A program made the translations under genes and the position numbers. A stretch of 64,000 bases of DNA, taken from an uncultured Lentisphaeraceae bacterium (GTDB lineage: Bacteria > Verrucomicrobiota > Kiritimatiellia > RFP12 > UBA1067). The stretch spans positions 103,630 through 167,629 of the forward strand of contig CAYOQJ010000039.1 in assembly GCA_964406095.1 (NCBI GenBank), given 5' to 3'. Under the pieces are notes generated by a model. It was not told where the DNA came from, did not search any database, and worked only from the letters and a program-made list of their open reading frames with translations. Of this stretch, positions 1 through 9,883 are shown in pieces; positions within the stretch are counted from its first letter, which is position 1; every line of letters begins with the position of its first letter.

Positions 1-2
1 GT

Positions 3-1166
3 GGACGGTTGATCAGGGTCGACGCACGTGGCTACAAACATGCTGTCTGGGAGGGTACTCCCGCAGTGGATGGTGATGACATCAGAACCACTTTGGAAAT
101 CCGGTTGCAGATGGCGTTGGAGACGGCTTTTGATGGAAAGCGCGGCGCCGGCGTTGTGGTTGACCCGCGGAACGGTGATGTTCTAGCTATGACCAGCTCC
201 CCCGGATTTAATCTGAATGACTTTGTGCCAGCACCTTCCGTGGCAGTCTGGAAACGGCTCAACAGCAACCAAGAACGTCCCATGTTCAACCGTGCCTTGC
301 AAGGCACCTATGCACCAGGCAGCACCTTTAAACCTGTGACCGCTCTGGCGGCTCTGAAGGCGGGCAGGATCAGTGCCGAAGAATCAATCCATTGTGACGG
401 AGTATTCAGACTCGGCACAATGCGCATACGCTGCTGGGACACCTACGGGCATAACGACATAAAAATCCGCGAAGCGATTGAACAGTCCTGCAATGTTTTT
501 TTCTGTGAGTTGGGTCACCGTCTCGGCTACGACCCGATCCGGGAGATGGCGGCGGCAATGGGTATCGGCCGCAAAAGCGGTATTGATCTTCCCTATGAGG
601 CATCCGGTCTGCTGCCCTCTGATGAATGGAAGCGTAAAAATATGAGTGAGCCGTGGCGGCCCGGCGACACCTGTCAAATCGCAATCGGACAGAGTATGCT
701 GCTTACGACACCGCTACAGATGGCGATGCTGACCTCGGTATTGGCCAACAGAGGCAGACTCTATCGGCCACGGCTCGTTGCAGATGGAGAGCAAGGCTGT
801 CTTGTCCGTGAACTTGATATTCCGCGTGCGGTGATGAATCTGGTGCGTGATGGTATGCATGATGTAGCCGTGTCGGGCACCGGGCGCAGAGTGCGCATTC
901 GCGGAACCGAGGTGGCAGCCAAAACCGGCACTGCCGAATATAATGCCGGAGGAGAACGTAAAAAGAACACCTGGGTTACAGCGTTTGCACCCTTTGAGCA
1001 GCCGACGGTTGCGATTGCGGTTGTGGTTGAGGACGGCATTTCGGGAGGCTACACGGTTGCGCCGATTGTGCATGATCTGCTGGTGACGGTTTTTGGTGAG
1101 TCTCCGCCGGAAGAGGATGGTGCGGCAGGAACAAATCCTGTGGAAGATGAGGTGTTTGGTGATTGA
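3..1166 (+). CDS. mrdA: Penicillin-binding protein 2 (transpeptidase domain), 5'-truncated by the window edge
   Basis: Motifs GSTFK (SxxK), SCN (SxN) and KTGT; frame open from the window start; directly upstream of rodA. Confidence 0.92.
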   Translation, partial: GRLIRVDARGYKHAVWEGTPAVDGDDIRTTLEIRLQMALETAFDGKRGAGVVVDPRNGDVLAMTSSPGFNLNDFVPAPSVAVWKRLNSNQERPMFNRALQGTYAPGSTFKPVTALAALKAGRISAEESIHCDGVFRLGTMRIRCWDTYGHNDIKIREAIEQSCNVFFCELGHRLGYDPIREMAAAMGIGRKSGIDLPYEASGLLPSDEWKRKNMSEPWRPGDTCQIAIGQSMLLTTPLQMAMLTSVLANRGRLYRPRLVADGEQGCLVRELDIPRAVMNLVRDGMHDVAVSGTGRRVRIRGTEVAAKTGTAEYNAGGERKKNTWVTAFAPFEQPTVAIAVVVEDGISGGYTVAPIVHDLLVTVFGESPPEEDGAAGTNPVEDEVFGD

Positions 1167-2337
1167 ACTTAAGGATATCGTCGCGCGGATGCGTCGCTTG
1201 AACATACTGCTTTTCTCCAGTATGGCGGGGCTGTGCGTAATAGGTGTCATGTTTGTGTACAGTGCCTGTTCAATCCGTGAAAACCCTGAGATTCAGATTC
1301 AGTATATGCGACATGCCGAAACGGCGCTGTTTGGTCTTCTGCTATATCTGGGTGTCGCCTGCACCAACTACCGCAAGGTGATCAAATGGTCGTGGCTCTT
1401 TTATCTGTTTTGCCTGATTTTATTGATAATGGTGCCGTTTTTTGGCAGGAAGATCATGGGGGCACGACGCTGGATATTCGGAGTGCAGCCTTCGGAATTG
1501 GCCAAGCTGGCGATGATCATGATGCTGGCCTGGATTTACGGCGGAGAGCGTAAAGTCAAAGGATTTGTTTATATATTAGTCTCCGCCTTTATTGTAGGCC
1601 TGCCTACGTTGCTGATTTTAGTGCAACCAGATCTGGGAACCGCGCTGGTTATGGTTCCGACAACCTTTGCCATGATGTTTGCTGCCAATATCGCGCCACG
1701 CTGGATATGGAGTTTTTTTATCATCGGGGTGTTGGCAGCGAGTGCGATGCTGGGTATGATTTACGCGGCTGAACGGATTGAAATGCCGCCTGAGCGGCAA
1801 AAGCGGTTGCTGGAGGCAACCTGTCTGCAACCGCATCAAATCCGGCGTCTTGAAGCATTTCTTTTCCCTGAGAAGGATTTGTATGGTAGCGGTTATAACC
1901 GGCATCAGTCGGAAATCGCAGTGGGATCCGGCGGCTTGCACGGCAAGGGGTATTTGAAAGGAGAGCAATACATGCTCGGGTACCTGCCGCCTTCGGTGGC
2001 CTCGAACGACTTTATCTTTGCGGTGCTGGCGGAGGAGAGCGGTTTTATCGGTTCGCTGACAGTACTGCTACTTTTTCTGGCACTGCTGGTGCCGGGGCTA
2101 TGGGTAGCGCATTGCTGCAAGGATAACCAGGGACGAATTTTGTGTGTGGGTGTGATGACACTGATTTTCAGTCACATGTTCATCAACATCGCGATGACAA
2201 TCGGGTTGATGCCGATAACGGGGTTGCCGCTACCCTTTATAAGTTACGGGCGTACATTTCTGCTCACGGTTATGTTGGCACTTGGTCTTGTACAGAGTGT
2301 TTCCGTTCATGGACGGGTCGCGGTGAGAAGTTTTTAA
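1159..2337 (+). CDS. rodA: Rod shape-determining protein RodA (SEDS family)
   Basis: Multi-TM; GARRWI, QPSELAK, QPDLGT, GSGG..GKG, DFIF, GLPLPFISYG motifs; start GTG 1159 (GAGG SD) or ATG 1147. Confidence 0.92.
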   Translation: MIELKDIVARMRRLNILLFSSMAGLCVIGVMFVYSACSIRENPEIQIQYMRHAETALFGLLLYLGVACTNYRKVIKWSWLFYLFCLILLIMVPFFGRKIMGARRWIFGVQPSELAKLAMIMMLAWIYGGERKVKGFVYILVSAFIVGLPTLLILVQPDLGTALVMVPTTFAMMFAANIAPRWIWSFFIIGVLAASAMLGMIYAAERIEMPPERQKRLLEATCLQPHQIRRLEAFLFPEKDLYGSGYNRHQSEIAVGSGGLHGKGYLKGEQYMLGYLPPSVASNDFIFAVLAEESGFIGSLTVLLLFLALLVPGLWVAHCCKDNQGRILCVGVMTLIFSHMFINIAMTIGLMPITGLPLPFISYGRTFLLTVMLALGLVQSVSVHGRVAVRSF

Positions 2338-2367
2338 CAGCTTTTATTTTAAAAGAAAGGAATCACA

Positions 2368-3951
2368 ATGTTGGGTATTTTTAAAAAGAAGAACGCAAAA
2401 CGCGAAATCGTGGTTAATGCGGAGAAGCTCGAAACACGTGTGGCGGTGGTAGAAAGTGGCAAGCTGGAGGAATTTCTGGTTGAACATCCGACCGAGGAAC
2501 GTCTGGTCGGCAGTATCTTCAAGGGTCGTATCCAGAATCTGGAACACGATCTGCAGGCGGCCTTTGTGGATATCGGGTTGAAAAAAAATGCTTTTCTGCA
2601 CTACTGGGATATGATCCCGGATGACAGCGGTTCGTTGGATGATGACGGCGGACGGGTGCGTAGCAGTCGGCGTCGCAAGGTCAATAACGATCAGATAGCC
2701 AAGCGCTTCCCGCCGGGCAAAGAAATTGTCGTGCAGGTCACTAAAGGTCCGATAGGAACCAAGGGGCCGCGTGTGACAGCCAATCTGAGTTTGCCGGGAC
2801 GCTATTTGGTGATGATGCCCGGTACTCATCTGCGCGGAGTTTCACGTAAGATCGGTGATAGCAAAGAGAGACAGCGACTCAAGAAAATTCTTGATCGGCT
2901 GCCGGTGCCGGATGAGGCCGGGTTGATTGTACGCACTGTCGGCGCCGGTGCAAGTAAACGGGCCTTTGTGCGCGATGTGCGCAATCTGTGGGATTCATGG
3001 AATACCCTTCAGACCAACATCAAAGAGCTGCGTGCCCCCGCCTGCGTGTATCAGGAGCCCGACTTGACCGAACGGGTTGTACGCGACTGGTTGACCGAGG
3101 ATATCGACCGCATCACGATCGATGACCATGATGTCTTTCTGCGTGTGCGCGGTGTTGCCGGAAAAATCTCCCGCCGAGCCCGCCGGATCATCACCAACTA
3201 TGAGGGCCATCTGTCGATTTTTGAACACTACGGCATCGAACGGCAGCTTAGCGAAACATTCCGGCGTAAGGTTCATCTGAAGTCGGGAGGATATTTGGTT
3301 TTCGATGAAACCGAAGCGTTGATTGCCATTGATGTAAACACCGGACGCCACCGCGGCAGAGGTTCTCAGGAAGATGCGATTGTCGCGGTGAATCTTGAGG
3401 CAGTGGAAGAGGTCGCGCGCCAGTTGCGGCTCCGCAACATCGGCGGCCTGGTGGTGCTGGATTTGATCGATATGAAACTGCGTAAGCATCAGAGCCAGGT
3501 TTATAAGGCTATGAAAAACGCTCTGCGTCGGGATCGTTCCAGAACAAATGTGCTGCCGATTTCGGAATTGGGGCTGATGGAGATGACCCGGCAGCGTCAG
3601 GAGGAGAGTCTGCTCTCACAGATGTATCAGGATTGTCCGTACTGCCGCGGTAAGGGTATGATTAAGTCACCGCTTTCGCTGAGTGTGGATATTCAGCGGC
3701 AGCTAGCGGCCATCATGCGCAAGGCCAAAGAGCAGAACGATGACGGCCATGCGACCGAATTACAGATAGTTGTGGCACCCTGTGTGCTTGAGAGACTGCG
3801 GACGGAGGATGAGGAGTTCCTGGTCGAGATGCAACGTCGGCACGATGGACGTTTGACTTTTAAATCCGAGCTAAACCGCCATCCCGAATCTTTTTGCATT
3901 GCGGACGGACGAAGTGGTAAGATACTTTATTCAGCGGGAGAGTCCAAATAG
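2368..3951 (+). CDS. Ribonuclease E/G family (Rne/Rng)
   Basis: S1 domain (AAFVDIG), KGPRVT, IDVNTG, RLRNIGGLVVLDLIDM, CPYC zinc link. Confidence 0.93.
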   Translation: MLGIFKKKNAKREIVVNAEKLETRVAVVESGKLEEFLVEHPTEERLVGSIFKGRIQNLEHDLQAAFVDIGLKKNAFLHYWDMIPDDSGSLDDDGGRVRSSRRRKVNNDQIAKRFPPGKEIVVQVTKGPIGTKGPRVTANLSLPGRYLVMMPGTHLRGVSRKIGDSKERQRLKKILDRLPVPDEAGLIVRTVGAGASKRAFVRDVRNLWDSWNTLQTNIKELRAPACVYQEPDLTERVVRDWLTEDIDRITIDDHDVFLRVRGVAGKISRRARRIITNYEGHLSIFEHYGIERQLSETFRRKVHLKSGGYLVFDETEALIAIDVNTGRHRGRGSQEDAIVAVNLEAVEEVARQLRLRNIGGLVVLDLIDMKLRKHQSQVYKAMKNALRRDRSRTNVLPISELGLMEMTRQRQEESLLSQMYQDCPYCRGKGMIKSPLSLSVDIQRQLAAIMRKAKEQNDDGHATELQIVVAPCVLERLRTEDEEFLVEMQRRHDGRLTFKSELNRHPESFCIADGRSGKILYSAGESK

Positions 3952-4100
3952 GGAGTTCAGAACGTGTTATGCAAAATTTGTCCCGCTGGAGTTGTTTCAG
4001 AGGCGATACGTGTAGCAACCGTAATGATCTGTGCGTCCAGGGTTGCAGAATTGGATATTTGCAGGAGTTAATCCTGTTACAATAGAGGGTGAGTGGTCAT

Positions 4101-6374
4101 ATGAAAACCTTTCGTTTAACTGTTGTATCCGCGTTGATTGCAATAACTGCCGGTTTCACGGCGGAGCGGGTCTCAGCACAGAATGTTGCTGATATGATGA
4201 AAATCGCCGATCAGGCATCGGGGCTGGATATGACAGCGGACAAGTTTGAGGTCGATCGCAAAACCGGCTGGACAACCGCGACCGGCAATGTACGTATTAA
4301 AAGTCGCGGTCATGAACTGAAGGCCGACCGGGTTCGCCTGCATCAGGAACTGGGCGACGTTCAGGCACGGGGTAATGTTCTGATCAAGCGTGAAGGTCTG
4401 GGTGCTTGGACCGGTGATTATATCGAATATAATTACAAAACCGGAGAGGGGCTGACCGGCAAGGGTTACATCCGTGCAGGTGAATTTTTTCTCTCTGCCG
4501 CGGAAATAACGCGCGAGCGTGACGGGTTGACACGCGCACACCGAGGGGTGGTTACAACCTGTACCAATGATCTTGAACACCTGCATTGGTGTATGACCGG
4601 AGAGGTAACCTATAAGGACAACGACTACATCACTGTCAAGCACGCTGTACCTTGGCTCTTTGGCGTACCCTTCGCCTATTTACCCTATTGGTATCGCGAT
4701 CTTGACCGTAGCTACGGGTTCAGACTTGTTCCGGGCTACACATCGGAGTGGGGTGCCTATCTGCTGGGTGGTTACGTTTTCAACATTTATACGTCCGAGC
4801 GTGAGTCAGGGCCTAAGCTTGATGGCGTGACACATCTGGATTACCGCACCAAAAGGGGGGTGGCTGTCGGACAGAACCTGCGCTGGGATCTCAAACGCTG
4901 GGGACGCGGCAAGTTTGAGAGTTACTACGCACGTGATCAGGATGTCCCGGACGATTTTTCGGATCGCAACTGGATATCTGATGTCGATGAAGACCGCTAC
5001 CGCTTCGGACTCAGACACAAAGCTGATTTGACACCGCGTGATCAGTTTTTGCTGCGCAGCACATATGTAAGTGACTCCGAGGTGCAGGATGATTTCTTCG
5101 AAAAGCACAACCGCGGTGAGAGTGTGCCGATCAGTTTTGCCTCATTGGAACACCGTGAAAGCAGATGGGCCGGCGGTGCGGTAGTCAGCGGGCCACTTAA
5201 CGATTTTTATGCGGGGGTTTCAAGATTGCCGGAGGTGTGGCTCAATGTTATGCCTCAACCGGTTTTTGATCTGCCGCTGAATTATGAAAGTCAAACCCGT
5301 GCCGGTATTCTGAATCGTGAGGCCGCCCGTTTTGATCGGGCTTCGCCTGCATTCAGGTACTACCCCGGTGAATGGGCTGACTACGATCTGATGAGAATTG
5401 ACAGTGCCCACCGTGTGACGCTGCCTTTCAAAGTTGCGGATGTTCTGAGCGTTGTGCCACGTGCCGGATACCGCGCAACCTACTATTCCGATTCGGAAAG
5501 CGACGGCGGTCTGGTGCGTCATTCAACCGATCTGGGAGTGGAACTTTCAATGCGCGGCACTGCCGAACTGACAAACAACAGGCGCCATATCATCGAGCCC
5601 TACCTTGATTACAGCTATCAACCGGTAATGTACGGCGGCGAGAAGGATGACGGACGCCTCTACGTTTTTGATCGGCTTGACCGTTCTTCGGCCTGGCTTG
5701 ATCAGTTTGGCATGGACGGTAGCTGGCTGCCCTACGACTGGCATGGCATCCGTCCGGGGGTGCGCAACATCTGGCAGAAGCGCGACAGCAAAAATGTAAT
5801 GCGCAATTTCCTGACGCTGGATACGTATGCCGGTATCCAAGCCGATTCCAGCGGCCCGCTGGATGAGGAGGGTGTACGCATGTTTGGCGCCAAAGGAGTG
5901 TGGAATCCCAGTCGGGAACTGGATATTTTGGCGCACACCGAATACGATCCGGAAGAGGATGCGTTCGCCTATGTCAATTTCAGCTCGTTTTATCAGCTTA
6001 GTAGCTCGTTCAAACTAGGCGGCGGTTATATTGGTCGTGATCATTCGATCTATGACTACGGCCCTCTACCGGTGCCGCAATGGAATCGGGTTAAGGAAAA
6101 CCTGATTTACGGCGGCTTTACTCATACTTTGAATGAAAGCTGGCAGTACAGTGTTTACTCGCGTTTTGATCTGCGCCGCAATGAACTGGATGAAGTCGGT
6201 GGTTACATTCAGTACAGCCTAGACTGTCTGGTCTTTCAGCTGCGGACGGCCTACATCAACAGCTTTGACAGAATCGACCGTGTCAGTGAGCGCGATGCCG
6301 ACTTTAGAATTGGCCTTACAATGTGGCTTAAAGCGCAAGATCGTGAAGAGAGAGACGATTGGTTGACTTGGTGA
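4101..6374 (+). CDS. lptD: LPS-assembly protein LptD (OstA-like N-terminal domain plus beta-barrel)
   Basis: Signal peptide; ADKF..ATGNV..ADRV OstA-like region; TTC; P..YLPY; aromatic-rich barrel; alternative GTG start at 4089. Confidence 0.8.
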   Translation: MKTFRLTVVSALIAITAGFTAERVSAQNVADMMKIADQASGLDMTADKFEVDRKTGWTTATGNVRIKSRGHELKADRVRLHQELGDVQARGNVLIKREGLGAWTGDYIEYNYKTGEGLTGKGYIRAGEFFLSAAEITRERDGLTRAHRGVVTTCTNDLEHLHWCMTGEVTYKDNDYITVKHAVPWLFGVPFAYLPYWYRDLDRSYGFRLVPGYTSEWGAYLLGGYVFNIYTSERESGPKLDGVTHLDYRTKRGVAVGQNLRWDLKRWGRGKFESYYARDQDVPDDFSDRNWISDVDEDRYRFGLRHKADLTPRDQFLLRSTYVSDSEVQDDFFEKHNRGESVPISFASLEHRESRWAGGAVVSGPLNDFYAGVSRLPEVWLNVMPQPVFDLPLNYESQTRAGILNREAARFDRASPAFRYYPGEWADYDLMRIDSAHRVTLPFKVADVLSVVPRAGYRATYYSDSESDGGLVRHSTDLGVELSMRGTAELTNNRRHIIEPYLDYSYQPVMYGGEKDDGRLYVFDRLDRSSAWLDQFGMDGSWLPYDWHGIRPGVRNIWQKRDSKNVMRNFLTLDTYAGIQADSSGPLDEEGVRMFGAKGVWNPSRELDILAHTEYDPEEDAFAYVNFSSFYQLSSSFKLGGGYIGRDHSIYDYGPLPVPQWNRVKENLIYGGFTHTLNESWQYSVYSRFDLRRNELDEVGGYIQYSLDCLVFQLRTAYINSFDRIDRVSERDADFRIGLTMWLKAQDREERDDWLTW

Positions 6375-6398
6375 TTTGGCTCATAGAGAGTCGGAGTC

Positions 6399-6427
6399 TT
6401 GACAATGTATGTTACAGTGAGTTCAAT
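6399..6427 (+). promoter_or_regulatory. Sigma70-like promoter for the ABC operon
   Basis: TTGACA (6399-6404), 17 bp spacer, TTCAAT (6422-6427). Confidence 0.55.
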
Positions 6428-6445
6428 GAAAACGAGGTTTAGAAC

Positions 6446-7177
6446 ATGTCTGTGATTCAACTTGAAGAGGTCCGAAAATCATTTGGCAGAGTTCAGGCGG
6501 TCGATGGCTTGACGTTTGAAGTCAAGAGGGGAGAGATCACCGGTTTTCTAGGTGCCAATGGTGCCGGCAAAACAACCACTATCAAAATGCTGCTGGGTTT
6601 TGTTATGCCTGATGCCGGTCGGATTATGGTCAGCGGCATCAATCCTTCTGCTGTGTCAACACGCAGATCAATCGGCTACATGCCGGAGACAGCCTGGTAT
6701 TATCCCTGGCTGAAAGTCGGCGAGCTGTTACGTTTTTACGGTGGTCTTTGCGGTATGTCGCGCAGAGAGATCGATCCGTTGGCCAGCGCTCTGATCAAAC
6801 GGGTCGGGTTGAGTGGTGCGGAGAATCGGTAGCTAAAAACCTTTTCCAAAGGCATGCTGCAGCGGGTAGGCATTGCGCAGGCCCTGCTGCACGACCCTGA
6901 AATTTATATTTTGGATGAACCCTTCACCGGTCTTGATCCGTTGGCGCGTATTCAATTTCGCGACATTATGGCGGAGTTGAAGAGTCGTGGCAGAACGATT
7001 CTATTTTCCTCGCATGAGCTTTCCGAAGCTGAGCTAATCTGCGACAATGTGATCATCATGAAGTCGGGACGGGCAGTCTGGAATGGTTCCACTGAGCAGG
7101 TGGCCGGTGATGGCACCCGCAATCTGGAACGCGTTTTTCTGAATATAATCGGTTCTGATACCGGAATGGAGGCGTGA
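6446..7177 (+). pseudogene. ABC transporter ATP-binding protein (243 codons) interrupted by one in-frame TAG at 6830-6832 (nonsense allele, readthrough or base-call error)
   Basis: Walker A GANGAGKTT upstream; after the TAG the same frame continues [11 protein letters not shown] (signature), ILDEP (Walker B) and SSH. Confidence 0.85.
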
Positions 7178-7178
7178 A

Positions 7179-7961
7179 ATGAATTTGATTGCGCGTCAGA
7201 TGAATGTGCTGATCAGAGCGTCTTTGCTGGAATTGTATCGTCGTAAGGATTTAGTGGTCGTTTTTATTCTGGGGGCTGTGTTGCTCATGCCGCTCGCCTT
7301 TGCCACTCCTTTCGGATTCTCGGGGGCGTACATCTATTTTAACGAGATGGCATTGCTGATGGTCTGGTTTTTTTCAGTTTTTATTACGCTCGGAGTTTCA
7401 ACACGCATTTTTCCCTATGAGTTTGAAAAGCGTACCATCTATCCGCTGCTGGCCAAGCCAGTATCGCGGGGTACAGTTGTTCTCGGACGATATTTCGGAG
7501 CACTGAGCGCGTCAACTTCAGCACTTGTCCTTTTTTACGCGGCCTACATCATCCTCTGCGGTGTGCGGCAGCATGTATGGTTTTCCGAGGTGCTGGTGCA
7601 AGCCTTTGTTCTGCATGTCGGGTTACTGATGGTGATCACCGCCATAGGGCTGACGGGTTCGCTTCTGTTGACAATTTCGGCCAATGTGACCATAACACTT
7701 TTGATTGTGTTCGGGATGCTGCTGTTCGGCTCAAAGTTGCCGGAATTGGCGGATCAGCAGAGTCTGGCAGGTAAAACTGCTCTGTATATTGCCTACGCAG
7801 TCGCGCCGCACACCGAATTTTTTGATCTTCGTCAGCGTCTGGTGCACGGTTGGCCGGCAATCAGCTGGGGAGTATGTGCAGTTGTGATGGCCTATGCGGT
7901 TGCTTATTCCATCGCCTGCCTGTTTGTGGCTGATCTGCTTTTACGTCGCAAGAAACTTTAA
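7179..7961 (+). CDS. ABC-2 type transporter permease
   Basis: About 6 TM helices; E.EKRTIYPLLAKPVSR..VVLGRY motif. Confidence 0.85.
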   Translation: MNLIARQMNVLIRASLLELYRRKDLVVVFILGAVLLMPLAFATPFGFSGAYIYFNEMALLMVWFFSVFITLGVSTRIFPYEFEKRTIYPLLAKPVSRGTVVLGRYFGALSASTSALVLFYAAYIILCGVRQHVWFSEVLVQAFVLHVGLLMVITAIGLTGSLLLTISANVTITLLIVFGMLLFGSKLPELADQQSLAGKTALYIAYAVAPHTEFFDLRQRLVHGWPAISWGVCAVVMAYAVAYSIACLFVADLLLRRKKL

Positions 7962-7968
7962 ATATCTT

Positions 7969-8829
7969 ATGAACCCTGCAATTCACAATCGAGATTACAC
8001 GTTGCCGCATTTGCGTATATTGCAGACCCTGACAGCTCTGTTGACAGCGGTCATATTGCAGACGTTGTTGGTTTCCAGCGACTGCGAGTTGCCGCAGCGT
8101 GAAGGTGATTCGGTGCTGACGCTGATTTCGCAGGATACCCGGATGGTTCTTAGCGCCGGAATGCTGAAAAAGGTGGATGAATATTTTCATGGCGGCGTGA
8201 AGGTCCATAACTGCGGTTTGAACGACCACGACCACGATCACGAACAGAATCATAAGCACGCACACAGTCATTCGCATGATAGCGAGCAGAGTAGACCGGA
8301 GGTCGGAAAAGACCCTTTCCGCTGGATCAACCGACACATCCATGTGCAGGAACACCGTCATCTGCAAGCTGCCCGCTCCGTTGAACTTCTGCCCTGGGTT
8401 TATGCCGCGACCAAAACTTCCCCGCACAACATTATGGCTTATGAGAGCGGTTCCTATATTTTGAGTGATATGCTGAACAACCCCCGTCTCGCCGTTGAAT
8501 ACCTTAAAGAGGGAATCGCGCACAATCCGGCCAGTGTTCATCTGGAAATGAGTCTTGGTGAGCTGTACTACAACAAAATTAAAGATACCGGGCAGGCTTT
8601 GACTCATTTTCAAAGAGCTTTGAACAAGAGCATACAAATTGATGAACCTGATGATGATGATCTTTTTATGCGCCTGCGTATCTTCTTCTATCTGGGCAAC
8701 AACGCATGGCGAAACGGCGATGCGGTCAGGTTGCAAAATTTCTACCAGAAGGCTTGCGAATTATGGCCAAAGAATTCGATGACACTTGCGATGAAGAAGT
8801 GGCTGGATGAAATGAAGGCGGGTAAATAG
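7969..8829 (+). CDS. Membrane-anchored TPR-containing protein with a His-rich segment
   Basis: N-terminal hydrophobic stretch; DHDHDHEQNHKHAHSHSHD; TPR-like helices (AVEYLKEGIAHNP, ALTHFQRAL). Confidence 0.75.
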   Translation: MNPAIHNRDYTLPHLRILQTLTALLTAVILQTLLVSSDCELPQREGDSVLTLISQDTRMVLSAGMLKKVDEYFHGGVKVHNCGLNDHDHDHEQNHKHAHSHSHDSEQSRPEVGKDPFRWINRHIHVQEHRHLQAARSVELLPWVYAATKTSPHNIMAYESGSYILSDMLNNPRLAVEYLKEGIAHNPASVHLEMSLGELYYNKIKDTGQALTHFQRALNKSIQIDEPDDDDLFMRLRIFFYLGNNAWRNGDAVRLQNFYQKACELWPKNSMTLAMKKWLDEMKAGK

Positions 8830-8852
8830 ATGAACTTCAGACGGGTGGCGTG

Positions 8853-8957
8853 ATGATACCGAAATGGAAGCTGATGATTTGTGCAGTGCTGGTTCTGCTT
8901 GCGCTACTGATTGTTACGGGCTGTCTGCATGTCGATATCGGCAATATGCGGCACTGA
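8853..8957 (+). CDS. Putative 34-aa small lipoprotein (MIPKWKLMICAVLVLLALLIVTGCLHVDIGNMRH)
   Basis: Translated by hand (below the ORF-track cutoff): basic N-region, hydrophobic core, VTG-C lipobox; 23 bp after the TPR gene. Confidence 0.5.
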   Translation: MIPKWKLMICAVLVLLALLIVTGCLHVDIGNMRH

Positions 8958-9088
8958 AGTTGCAAGAAGGCATAGAGCATGGAGCAGAGGGCAATGGGGA
9001 AAAGGGTTTTCGCGCAGAGTCGCAGAGGGGGATTGTGGGCTGTTGAAGTTGGGATGTGGGCGGTGGAGGAATTGACCCACAACCCACG

Positions 9089-9141
9089 TGTAGTAGTCGC
9101 TCTCAGAACGAGATAATGCCGTTCATAGAACCGCTACTACA
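9089..9141. repeat. GTAG-ended imperfect inverted repeat (REP-like)
   Basis: TGTAGTAGTCGCTCTCAGAACG ... CGTTCATAGAACCGCTACTACA. Confidence 0.55.
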
Positions 9142-9186
9142 ATCAAATTTTTGTTTTTTATAACAGAGTTGAGAGAATAGAGCCTA

Positions 9187-9786
9187 ATGACACCAGCGGC
9201 AACGCATAAAAATATACCGGCACGAGGATGCACATTTGCAATTATTGATTTTGAAACTACCGGATCGGTGGCAGGCTGGCCGATCGAGCCCTGGCAGGTC
9301 GGAATTGTGAGCCTGGAAAACGGGAGAGTTCAGCCAGCGACGCAGTTTGAGTCGCTTCTGTATGTGGGCAAACGTCCCTTTAATCCAATGGCACCGGGAC
9401 GACATGCGCAATTGCGTGATGATCTTATGGCAGCCCCCACCCCGCAGTTGCTCTGGCCGGAACTGGCATCCCGGCTTTGCGACCGCCCGCTGGCTGCCCA
9501 CAATATCGGGACGGAACGAGGGGTGCTCAATCGAATCGCGCCGATACATAATTTGGGTCCGTGGGTTGATACACTTAAATTGACGCGTCGTCACTACCCT
9601 GATCTGGCCAGCAAAGCACTCGACTGTGTTATCAGAGATCTTGGGCTACTACCGCGCGTCCGTCAGCTCAGTCCTGGACGCGAAGCGCACGACGCACTCT
9701 ATGATGCGGTCGCCTGCGCAGTGCTGTTGGAACATTTTTTGAATCTGCCGGGCTGGAAAAATGTTACGCTCGGCGCGTTGATGTGA
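9187..9786 (+). CDS. DEDDh 3'-5' exonuclease (DnaQ-like)
   Basis: IIDFETTG, AHN, DTL and HDALYDA motifs. Confidence 0.88.
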   Translation: MTPAATHKNIPARGCTFAIIDFETTGSVAGWPIEPWQVGIVSLENGRVQPATQFESLLYVGKRPFNPMAPGRHAQLRDDLMAAPTPQLLWPELASRLCDRPLAAHNIGTERGVLNRIAPIHNLGPWVDTLKLTRRHYPDLASKALDCVIRDLGLLPRVRQLSPGREAHDALYDAVACAVLLEHFLNLPGWKNVTLGALM

Positions 9787-9883
9787 AGCTCCCGGCGCAG
9801 AGACGCAGAGAGCACTGAGAAAATTCCAGTGAGTTGGAGAGTTACTGTGGCACGGTATAATTGCCGCGCCACCAGGAGAGCTT

